From positions 30,318,001 through 30,382,000 of the forward strand of contig NC_135770.1 in NCBI RefSeq assembly GCF_052425735.1: DNA of 64,000 nucleotides, read 5' to 3'. This DNA comes from Oculina patagonica (taxonomy: Eukaryota). Shown here piece by piece: positions 54,233 through 64,000 of the stretch. The translations under genes and the position numbers were made by a program. Every line of letters begins with the position of its first letter. Within the stretch, counting starts at the first letter, position 1. Below the pieces are notes generated by a model. The model made no database searches. It worked only from the letters and a program-made list of their open reading frames with translations, and was not told the origin of the DNA.

Positions 54233-54329
54233 TATATATAAAGAGAGGATATTACACGGCGGCGCGAAGATATGAATTTTATTTTTCGAGTGGTAAAGCA
54301 ATATTTTACGAATGAGCGCAGCGAATGAA

Positions 54330-54377
<48 letters not shown>

Positions 54378-54389
54378 TCGAGGTCAGGA

Positions 54390-54420
<31 letters not shown>

Positions 54421-56868
54421 TCCTGACCGAGAGCCAAATATTTTCCCGTCCGGCCCGACCTAACTCAGTCAATAAGCATTTTATCATATGACCACTGAAT
54501 CACCACTGAATTTTTTATTGTTTTTCTTTCGTGGATGCAGACGCGGCGGCCCGTTTCGCGCGCATTTTGAAAAGCCAATGGTAGCTCGTAATTTTTTTGG
54601 GAAGCCAGTGAAGTGCATTTGAACTGCGATGTGCGGACGAAGTTTTTTCTGTTAAAATTGTCAACCAAATCTCCGAGTTTAGCTCCATTCCAAGAAGATT
54701 TAAATGCGACTTAATTCCTTCTACATGATTGCAGTTAGTAGAATCTCAAAGGAAAGGTTTGTGAAGGACTACAACAAAGAGTTTGCACGACGTTTCGGCT
54801 AGTCGTGCTCGTCTCTCAGCGAAGACTGATGAATAGATTGAACAACTTAGCGACGTTTCTTCTGAGCCGAAATTCACAATTGGTTTGAACGAGAGGATTA
54901 ATTAATTTTCCACCAAGAAGGATTTTGGATGTTAAAAACAATATTAGATCATAATCTATGAAACTACATAAAGACTTGGAAAGTAATTGTACTGGCAGTT
55001 CAGGATTTTGCTTCGCTTCGTTTCCCTTCGGCTTCAAGTTGTTTTGTTTACCACGGATCGTAGGGTTCATGAACGTTTGCTGTTGCTGCTTAGTCCTTGA
55101 ATTCGTTAGTTCATCGACGATGTTGAGCTCTGCATTACAGCTGATGCCCAAATTGTGCTTAAAATGCTTCGTGAAAACAAGCGGGAAACTGTGTCGTTGA
55201 TCAGGTTAGTCATAAACTTGTACTCGGATTCTTTGTTGTGATTTAAAAATTACGCAGCCTGAGAAAAGAGAAATTTGAGTTTACTTTGCATTTGCATTTT
55301 TTCTTCAATTTTTACCATGACTACAAACCAGGATACGTCTTTGTCCGATTATGTTGTTTTTTTGACGGCTTTTATTTCGATTATTTTGTTGTCGTCCTGA
55401 GTATTTCTTCATCATTTGCCGAGTTTAAACCGTTTTGTTTTAAATTTTGCGCCTGCAAACTACAATGCTTTCTAGATGGTAAAGTTTTAATTAACATGTT
55501 AGACATTTCTTTGCTTTCAGAAAAATCTTAACTATCGCTCATCTAGATTCAAAGCTGTGTGTGGAATCAACTGGTTCCAATTTCGGCATCTCGCGGCAGT
55601 AGCCGAGTAGCGGGGCCGTACGCTTTTCTAGTAGGGCCGTACGGCTTTTTCCGGCCCTGCTAGAGCGAGGCGTACGGCCCTCATACGGGACTTTTTTTCA
55701 TATGGTTTTCCAAGGAAATTGCGCGCGGGTCCGTACGGGTCATATGATAAGTATAAATATTGCTTTTACCACGAGAAAATAAAATTCATATCTTCAAGCC
55801 ACCGTGTAATTTTCTTTTTATTATATAGACAAAAATCATGCATGAAGTAAAAGTTAAAAGATTTTTATTAATGAAAAGCTTAAACACGAGCGACGGCTAA
55901 ATATAACAATTGAGCAAATTGCGAAACTGAAAGGCAAAATTTCGCGAACTGAAGCTTTCAGAAGATGTATAACGTAAATGTAAAAACAGTCTGTTTATTA
56001 GCTTTTTTTAGCTTTCTCTTGCTTTCATCAATGTCACTGACAATAAATAATTCGCCGTTTTGAAATCTGTTTCTGCTCAAACTCACCGCTTTTCTACTGA
56101 TTTCTGATCGCGAGGTCTTGTAGTTCGGCAGCTGGAATTTCTTGATTTCCCTCCCTTCGTCTGACTTTCCAAAAGCAAGAAGCTCTTAAATAATTTCAAG
56201 TCATTTAAAGTTTTCTTCTTCGCGTTAGCACTTTCCTGCTCCTCAGTAAAAGCTACTATTTTGACTTCAGTGAACTTTATGAATCGCCGGATAGCTCGCC
56301 ATTTCCAACCGGCGTTTGGCAGCCTTGCACAACCGTGCAAAGGCGGGAAATGACGTCATCGATATCCTCACTAGTGAGGACATTCTCGTCCCCATAGCCC
56401 TTTCGTTTCTCTTAGCCGGCTGGGCCTTGGCACGAGAAAACAAAGGGCTCTGGGGACATAGGATTTTTGAATTAATTCGAATTTTTTTGATTGGCTGTTT
56501 GGAACAAACAATTCCTAAACGGAAGTCAAAAACGTAACGACTCTCTCATACATTCTTTTGAAACATCATGGCTGCATACATGAAGACCGGAAGTCCTAGA
56601 ATCTAGGACTGGAAATCCTGTGTCCCCAGCGCCCTTTGTTTTCTCGTGCCAAGGCCCAGCCGGCTAAGAGAAACGAAAGGGCTATGGGGACGAGAATGTA
56701 GTTAGGATCAACCGACCTCGTTCCCAGGGCTTTTACCAAGGGAAAAGCCCTGGGAACGAGGTTGTAGTGAGGATATGGAAAATACGCCACTACAGTCCCG
56801 GATGCAGTTTCGTATGAATTTTACGAGTAGTCTATTTTCCAGTAAAACACTCGCGGCTATATAATAAA
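54233..56868 (-). mobile_element. Nested Crypton-like non-autonomous elements
   Basis: The minus-strand relic RFIKFTEVKIVAFTEEQESANAKKKTLNDLKLFKSFL..EIPAAEL (about 56110-56300) resembles the Crypton/DUF3504 N-terminus. An internal element at about 54330-55750 begins with a long palindrome (about 54335-54475). Confidence 0.5.
56381..56764. mobile_element. Two adjacent CA...TG MITEs sharing one 9-bp target (TAGTGAGGA)
   Basis: Element 56381-56698 (about 80-bp TIR CATTCTCGTCCCC) and element about 56709-56764 (CTCGTTCCCAGGGC TIR). Target copies at 56372, 56699 (1 mismatch) and 56765. Confidence 0.75.
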
Positions 56869-57355
56869 AAGTATTCTCTCACTTTGTCAATAGTAATTAT
56901 TATGTTCTTTGGAAGGACTGAACTCACACGTTATTTTTTATGCAAAACAAACTACTATTTCCATATGAATAGCTTCGCATTAGGAGTCGTCAGTTTGAAA
57001 CAAGGGCAAAAAGTATCGGAACAATTTCCTATTTTTATTTAGCTGTCAGACACAGCCGCCAAAGAGATACTTTCAAATTGTCCGGCTTCACAAAGCAATG
57101 TTACATTTCTTAAAATTTCATTTTCGTTACTCATATATGTAATGCATCTTATCTCTCCATATATACTTCATAATTTATTGCAAGAAATTAAAGAAATTAT
57201 CTCACGGACAAAACTGAATGCTCTTTCTTTTCAAATTCAACACGTTGATCATCCAAATGAACGGAGAAACTTTAGCAGATTTGCCCTGCGTTTACAAAGG
57301 AATGTAGTTTTTGGTTTTTCAATTTGGTTGAATAATTTTTCCGTTATTTTACGTA

Positions 57356-57657
57356 TACCTTAAGGTTACTATTATAAGCGGCTACTAATTTTAGCGATTT
57401 TTTTCTGAGCAAGATTTAGCGGCTATTTAATTTAGCGATTTTTCGAAAATTAAAAAAATGGAAATAAACGTTCAGTAAAAGAACAAACTCACTTGAAATT
57501 GAATGTACCTTAAGGTTACTATTATAAGCGGCTACTAATTTTAGCGATTTTTTTCTGAGCAAGATTTAGCGGCTATTTAATTAAGCGATTTTTCGAAAAT
57601 TAAAAAAAATGGAAATAAATGTTCAGTAAAAGAAAAAACTCACTTGAAATTGAATGT
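57356..57657. repeat. Tandem duplication, 2 x about 150 bp
   Basis: taccttaaggttactattataagcggc...gaaattgaatg repeated with period 150. Confidence 0.9.
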
Positions 57658-58257
57658 AAGTATGCACTGCCAGAAAGAACAAAGTTACCGGCATCCATTT
57701 TTTTAAGGAATTTTTCAAGTCGACTTAGTATAATTTTGTTTTCCTTTGGAGTGGGAGAGGGAGGTACTTAAATTTAACGAGTATTGTTCAACTTTGCCAT
57801 GAACAAACTTGACATATTTTTTTATTATTTTTACTTTTTAATTTTCAGGTTCCATAAAGGAGATCATGTAGTGATAGAAAGCAGAAATGATGGGTAGTGA
57901 TATGCTCCTGACTTTTTTCTGCTCAATTTTAATTAACGAATGCAATTATTTTAAATTAATATTTCGTGTGAAAAGTTCTTGTCCTGTATTATCTGGGATA
58001 TAGTGCCAAATCTACCCGTTTATTGGAGAAACGAAATAATTTCTATTTTGGGACAGAGGCCGTGCGAACGTTGCGTGACGACCTTTGCCATCTGTCACAC
58101 AACATTCATAATTTTGTTCCGCTTGCTTTCGAGAGAAAAACGCATTTGCCTTCAGGCTAACGCTTTCCCAACCAGACTGCAGAAGACACGTTCAGTGCTC
58201 CCACGTGACATTCGTCCATAATTTTTCGGGTCATTTTTGCCGCCATTTTCGAAGTAA

Positions 58258-59123
58258 TGCACCCATTTGAAACCCCCGCCTCCCCTCCCCCCTCGGGCAT
58301 GAGCGGGGCATTCACTTTTTTGGCAAGTGAAAGCAAGTGAAGTCCCCGGCCCCCGGGAGAAAAGTGAATGGTGAACTCCCCCGCCCCTTTATATGATCCA
58401 CACACATGGTAATTCATGTAGAAAACTTGTTATAGCCAAGCACAACAAGGGATGATAGTACTTAAGGGATGATGAAAACGTTGGTAGCCGTGCATGAAAT
58501 GAACACATTGATTTCAGAGCAGCTAGGAATACATTTGCAAAGGCTCCCCGATGGACAAGGAAGAAGACGACTATTTGAAATTTCCAACTCAACTTTATAT
58601 GGATTAATGGAAATGCAGGATGATATTACAATATGCTCTGTGTTGTTTGAACAGCTGGCTCTCTGTTAATGGATCTCTAAAACTAGAAACTTCCGATTAC
58701 CGGTACATTGTATTCTAACTCAACTTAAACTATCATAAATGAATGTCTCCAGCGTCTTTAATGCGCTATTATTGTCAAACTAACAACGTAAAAGGAATTT
58801 CTCAAATCTTGTGGACAGTTTTTAGTTGTATTTCACTCAGTATTAGTAATTTATACATCTTGAGCGAGTGGACATAAATAATATATGCGAAATTACCATG
58901 TGGCGCGAAAATGCAAACCGCTGACCATGGAGTGAGTGCCCTGCTTTATATTCCCCCTGTATTCCCCCGGTCCGGGATGTGAAGACCGTGATTTCTGGCG
59001 CATCCCCCGCATAGTGGGGGACCAAAATGGCGTGAATCCGAAGTGAAAACCCCGCTTTTGCCCCGCTCATGCCCGAGGTGGGGGGGGGGGGTGGGGTGTC
59101 GGGGATTTCAAATGACTGGTGCA
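58258..59123. mobile_element. MITE directly upstream of the SLC16 gene
   Basis: Imperfect TIR ATGCACC..CATTTGAAA..CTCGGGCATGAGCGGGGCA / TGCCCCGCTCATGCCCGAG..TTTCAAATGACTGGTGCAT. Confidence 0.7.
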
Positions 59124-59241
59124 TAAACGTAAACCGACCCCAGGCGTCCTCCTCCTTGGTCGTGCACTGTTCGCTTGGCGTTGCGTGACGACTTTTCACC
59201 ACCCAGTCAGGCAACATAAGATTTGTTTCCGCTTGCACGCA

Positions 59242-60983
59242 ATGATGGCGGCGTGCTGTAAACTATGCTCTGCAAGTACAATTATAAAATGCAAGTGCAG
59301 GAAAGAGCTTGACAGCCCTTGGTCGTGGCTAGTTTGTTTTTGTGCCGCTTTCATTATCGTTCTTACGATGGGCATTTCGCTCAACTTTGGCGTTCTGTTT
59401 CCAGTGTTAATGGACTATTTTCAAGAGTCACGGGAACGTACAGGCAAGTCAGATTTGAGTTGATCTTCTATCGCTTGGACAAGTTTTGCTAGTCTCGATT
59501 GAAAAACTAAAATGAACACGAGTGATATGATTGTAGAGTATGCATGACAGCATAAAATCATGGGCAGCAGAACAGCGAGGCAGTGCACTTTTAAAACAAA
59601 TTGACTGATCAGTCTGATTACGAAACAGTTTCGGTTCATCCCCGGTGTTAAATCTTGTGAAACTCACCAGTGACGTAAAACAAAGAACGACCAAGACAAC
59701 AAAGAACCTCGAAACAATATAGAACAGGAAAACAATAGCCCCAAAACAAAGGAATGTTTCACAAGTTTTTACAAAAGCCCCCCCCCCCCCTGGGGCCGAG
59801 CCACGGCAATGTGGAGGGCCTCCTAGGGGGGTCCATGTTCCCTTGTTCCCAACACATTTTCCTTGTGCTACTGTTTCCTAGCCTGTGTACACCGCTACTG
59901 TTCCCCAAAAGTATTTCTTTGATTTTGGTGTTCCCTGTTTCCCAAAATAATTGCTTTTGTTCACGTGTTTCCGGCCCAGATTTATTTTCTCTTTGTTCCC
60001 ATGTTCCCGAATAGTTAATGGTCATGTTCCCTTAATTGTTTCCTATCCTAAAATCCATTGGTTTGAGGAACCTTGTTTACCCCCCTCCCCCATTATGCTT
60101 CTACTGTGTTAGAAACAAGGGATATGCAAATCAAATTTAACCACCATTGTTTTCTGTCCTTTAGCTTGGGTAGGTTCAGTGCAAATAGCATTTATATTTG
60201 CCCTCGGCCCGTTGACCAGTGCATTGGTGAATCGACTTGGCTGCCGCTTAACTGCCATCATTGGTGGATTGCTATGTGTTGGTGGCCTGCTACTCTCATC
60301 TCTTGCATCAAGTATCTTTATTATGTATGTAACTTACAGTGTTTTGTTTGGATTTGGCAGCAGCTGCCTTTACGTTTCATCCTATGTGATAACATCACTG
60401 TACTTTGACAAAAATCGTTCTATAGCAACTGGTATTACATCATCGGGAAGTGGACTTGGAGTTCTTTCCATCGCACCAATCCTACAAGCCTTGCTGGACT
60501 CGTTTGATTGGAGAAAGACTTATCGCATAACTGCTGGCGTCTTTTCCATTGTTTGTGTTCTCTGCTTGACATTTGATCCGACAGTAGCAAAGCAAAGGGA
60601 TGATGATGGTAGGGGCCGTGAAGAATTGGAAATGTCAGATGAGCAAGATGTAGAAATAATAGAAGACAAGAGGAAAAAGTGGTTTGACTTTTCTGTATTC
60701 AAGGAGAAGGTGTTTGTTGTGTTGACACTGTGTATGACAGTAGCCAGCCTAGGACACAATACTCCAAGGTTACACTTGGTAAGATTGGGTATGAAGTCAA
60801 TTATTATATTGTCAATTTGTGACCATTGTAAATGTCTAGTGGTTAGTGCATTACCAGGGGGGCATCCTGTATATTTTTGGGTGGAGGTGTGCCGCTGGGA
60901 CAGTGAAACCCTTACCATATACCAGACCATCTTCAACTGGTTTTGCAACCCTATACTAGACCAGATACCGAAAACCCCTACCC

Positions 60984-61070
<87 letters not shown>

Positions 61071-63693
61071 CTAATTTATATAGCGCTAACTCCTTCAACT
61101 CCTTGAAAACCATACCCTTCACAGCGGCACATACCTATATAGCTCATAAATGGGAGTGCCCCCTGCGGTGCATTACAGGGGCACATACCGAATATTCAGG
61201 GGGGGGGGATTTTGCAAAAGCACAAACCTACTAAGCTTCCAACCTTGCTCATCATACCCAGAATAAAACCCTGATTGTACATAGCACTAAAAAACAGTTG
61301 GTTACAATATTTTAACAAATCCATGGAAAAGTTGAGGTGCATGTCCCCCTCCCCTCACCCGACCAAAAAATATCTACACATTTATTGGACTCCATGGTGG
61401 GGTTCATGGATATTTTTTGCAATAACACAATATCATACACAAGTCAATATGAAGATAGGGCTGTCAGTTAGTGAGAGCAATATGTCCACAAAATGTCATT
61501 TTACATGCGTTTTGTCATAAAAGTGTATTAAACTTTTACATCTTATAATTAGCAACAACATTCTTCTTGTAGGTGAGATTCTCAGAAGATATCCAAGTTT
61601 CTGCTGATGCAGCTTCGCAGCTTTTCATATATATTGGTATCACAACATTCATTGGCCGACTGCTCAGTGGATTCCTGTGTAACATGCGCCGTGTAAATCC
61701 CATCTATGTTCTCATGTTTGGTTATGTTCTTGATGGATCAGCAAGCATCTTCCTTTCTCAAGCTAAGACCTATGGAGAGCTTATTGCATTTTCCTTTCTC
61801 TTTGGCTTGACAGATGGTCTCATACTAGGCACTTTTCACATAACCATGCTCAACAGTGTGGAGCCTAGTAAGAGGGCTTCAGCATTTGGTTTATCTGCCC
61901 TTTTCTATGGTTCAACAATTGCCACTGGGTCTCCTTTAGCTGGTACGTACATGTAATTATTGAAAGTAAATATGAAATATTTTTAAGTATTTACTTGTTG
62001 TGCATCAGCGCCTTTCGATAACATGCGAACCCAACTAATGAAAAATGATATTAAATTGTGTTTTTCACTACCTGTTGCTCATAATTTTTTATGTTGACAG
62101 CCAACAAATCTTCAAAAACAGAAATAAACAAATGGATCAAAATTTCCCCCCCCCCACCTCCTCCTTCCCTTTTTTTTTCCCCTTCCACCACCCCACCCCC
62201 CTCCCTTTTATGCCTGCATAGTCCCTCTTAGACTTTCTAAAGCAAGTCTAAGTCCCTCTTGGCCGGCTGAGAAACAAGTGGCTCTGGAGACACAATCATG
62301 ATTTGATTGGTGGATGTTAACAAATACTTTCGTGGCTGGTCTGACACGCATGTTTCGTCTCCGCCAAGAGACTCATCAGAGACCTTTCGGTGAAGCTAAC
62401 TCGTCGAACATCGCGTTCGAAGTCCCGCAAGCGTCGAAATGATGGTGCAATCTGGCCTTACATGACGCGTAAGCATTCCCAATTGCGTAACGTGTAAATT
62501 GTTAATGAATACTTTCGTGGCTGGTCTGACACGCATGTTTCGTCTCCGCCAAGAGACTCATCAGAGACCTTTCGGTGAAGCTAACTCGTCGAACATCGCG
62601 TTCGAAGTCCCGCAAGCGTCGAAGAAAGCATCGAACAAAGGGAGTTTTAAACCTAGCCAATCAAATCAACTGTTTTAAACTCTCACATAACAAAGAGATT
62701 TAAAATCGGTTCATTTGATTGGCTATTTCTTTATGTTTACGTCCACTCCCAGCCAATCAAATCATACCGTAAAATTCCGGTTATAAGCCCTGGGCTTATA
62801 CAACTTCGTAAGGGGTTTTGGGTGGGCTTATAAATGGAGGGGCTTATATCCGGGAGGGCTGATAACCGGAATGAAAAAAACTTTTCGAAACGAGCCACGG
62901 GAGTGTTGATCGAAATACGTTTTCAAGTTAAAAACGCATAATAAAGCAACATTTAGCCCTGTTAAGTACTGTCATCTGGCAGGGGGGGGGGGGGGGCTTA
63001 TATCCTGGAGGGCTTATAACCGGATGTATTTTTTTGTTGCCAGATAGATGGGCCTAAAACTGGGGGGGCTTATAAGCAGGAGGGCTGTATAACCGGAATT
63101 TTACGGTATGTCACCATATAGCCACTTGTTTCTTGTGCACAGGCTCAGCTGGCTAAGAGGGACAAGCAGCTCTGGGTTCTGGGAACGAGAATGACCACAT
63201 GGCTTATGGACTATAATAATTACACAAGAATTTTAAAAATATTAAACCTCTCTTTACACACTGTCAGGTGAAGTTCCTAGATATTAGACTACGAGCAGTC
63301 CCTATTTTTTCGCAGAGTCCGTCGAGCTTGAAGCGAATTTTTTTTCGAAGAGCTTGAAGCGAAATAAGCTCGACGAACTCTTTGAAAAAAATTTGCTTCA
63401 AGCTCGACGGACTATGCGAAAAAATAGGGACTGCTCGTAGTCTACCTAGATATGGGACAATTTTTGATAATGTACTCCCTTTTCTTTCCTTCCCAGGTTT
63501 CATGACAGATCGTCTCCATACTTACATTCCATCTTTTATCCTGGCTGCTGTTACAGAATATGTAGCAGCATTACTACTTCTAATTCTTCTCTGTGGTAAA
63601 AAGCAGTCACAGAATCATGAAGCTTTAGTGTGTGGAGATCGGCTAGAGCATCGCAACCTTGAGGAAGTTTGCATGTGGGAAACAAATGTATAG
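59242..63693 (+). CDS. SLC16 / monocarboxylate transporter family MFS protein (MCT10-like), 460 aa
   Basis: Exons 59242-59443, 60165-60778, 61573-61942, 63497-63693. Motifs: DSPWSW, TAWVGS, NRLGCR, YFDKNRSIATG, GRLLSG, GSPLAGFMTD. Intron 1 is GC-AG. Confidence 0.93.
60985..61070. repeat. (AAT)n microsatellite, about 28 units, possibly a retroelement tail
   Basis: Perfect repeat followed by ctaatttatatagcgct. Confidence 0.95.
62338..62384 (-). ncRNA. Minimal type I hammerhead ribozyme (copy 1)
   Basis: GGUCU-CUGAUGA-GUCUC(UUGGCG)GAGAC-GAAA-CA(UGCG)UG-UC^AGACC: complete core, stems I-III, GUC cleavage triplet. Confidence 0.9.
62523..62569 (-). ncRNA. Minimal type I hammerhead ribozyme (copy 2)
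   Basis: Identical to 62338-62384. Confidence 0.9.
62765..63108. mobile_element. Tc1/mariner-type MITE
   Basis: TA-CCGTAAAATTCCGGTTATA ... TATAACCGGAATTTTACGG-TA. Confidence 0.85.
63285..63444. mobile_element. 160-bp hairpin MITE, TAG...CTA ends, 9-bp TSD CCTAGATAT
   Basis: TAGACTACGAGCAGTCCCTATTTTTTCGCA inverted repeat with an exact 9-bp flanking repeat. Confidence 0.85.
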
Positions 63694-64000
63694 AATAGTA
63701 ATGATCCTAAACTGATGCAAGGACGGACCCAGTTTGAGAGCAGCATGCAGTCTGTTACATATATGAATTTTGGAAATAATCAGTGCTATAAATATATGAA
63801 TTTTTGAAGTAATTTTATTATAGATAAATAGGTACACCGGTACATAAAATTTTTTAATTTCATGAATAAAATTATGCTTATGAATTATCAAATGTCTTTG
63901 TGTTTTATTTATGTGGTCACTGGGCTGATTTTCTGTTCTATTAACAGTTTAATTATGTATTAAATATTTCAGTCATATCAAAAGCAATTTTTCCAAGCAG

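Larger units (their letters stand above)
62323..62623 (-). mobile_element. Penelope pLTR / retrozyme-like partial tandem repeat
   Basis: Identical 116-bp direct repeats 62323-62438 and 62508-62623 (period 185), each carrying a hammerhead. Confidence 0.75.

Noticed and set aside
57356-57657. Direct repeats as a possible CRISPR or ribozyme array
   Set aside because: Simple two-copy 150-bp duplication with no spacers and no ribozyme core; eukaryotic context.
60520-61122. Poly-Tyr ORF
   Set aside because: Translation of the (AAT)n microsatellite, antisense to SLC16.

Overview
Eukaryotic, AT-rich, repeat-dense genomic DNA with spliceosomal introns. It is most likely a cnidarian (stony coral), inferred from the style of the repeats, GPCRs and transporter. 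Recognisable genes are ELAC1 (short RNase Z, 3 exons), MRPL11 (4 exons), EIF1AD (5 exons), an SLC16/MCT transporter (4 exons, GC-AG first intron) and two tandem intronless class A GPCRs. Unassigned genes are an 8-exon minus-strand gene (acidic repeats, basic patch, coiled coil) with one in-frame TAG, and three tandem copies of an intronless C3H-motif plus glycine-zipper membrane-protein family (one intact, two disabled). The most notable non-coding feature is a pair of minimal type I hammerhead ribozymes 185 nt apart, antisense in SLC16 intron 3 (Penelope/retrozyme-like). Mobile elements include a 4.2-kb AcademH-like element (9-bp TSD, RecQ-helicase relic) and several small 9-bp-TSD relatives. 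There is also a 534-bp foldback with a 7-bp TSD, a decayed Academ-like transposase, Crypton-like relics, SINEs and many MITEs. One 322-N assembly gap is present. All calls were made by eye, with no database searches.
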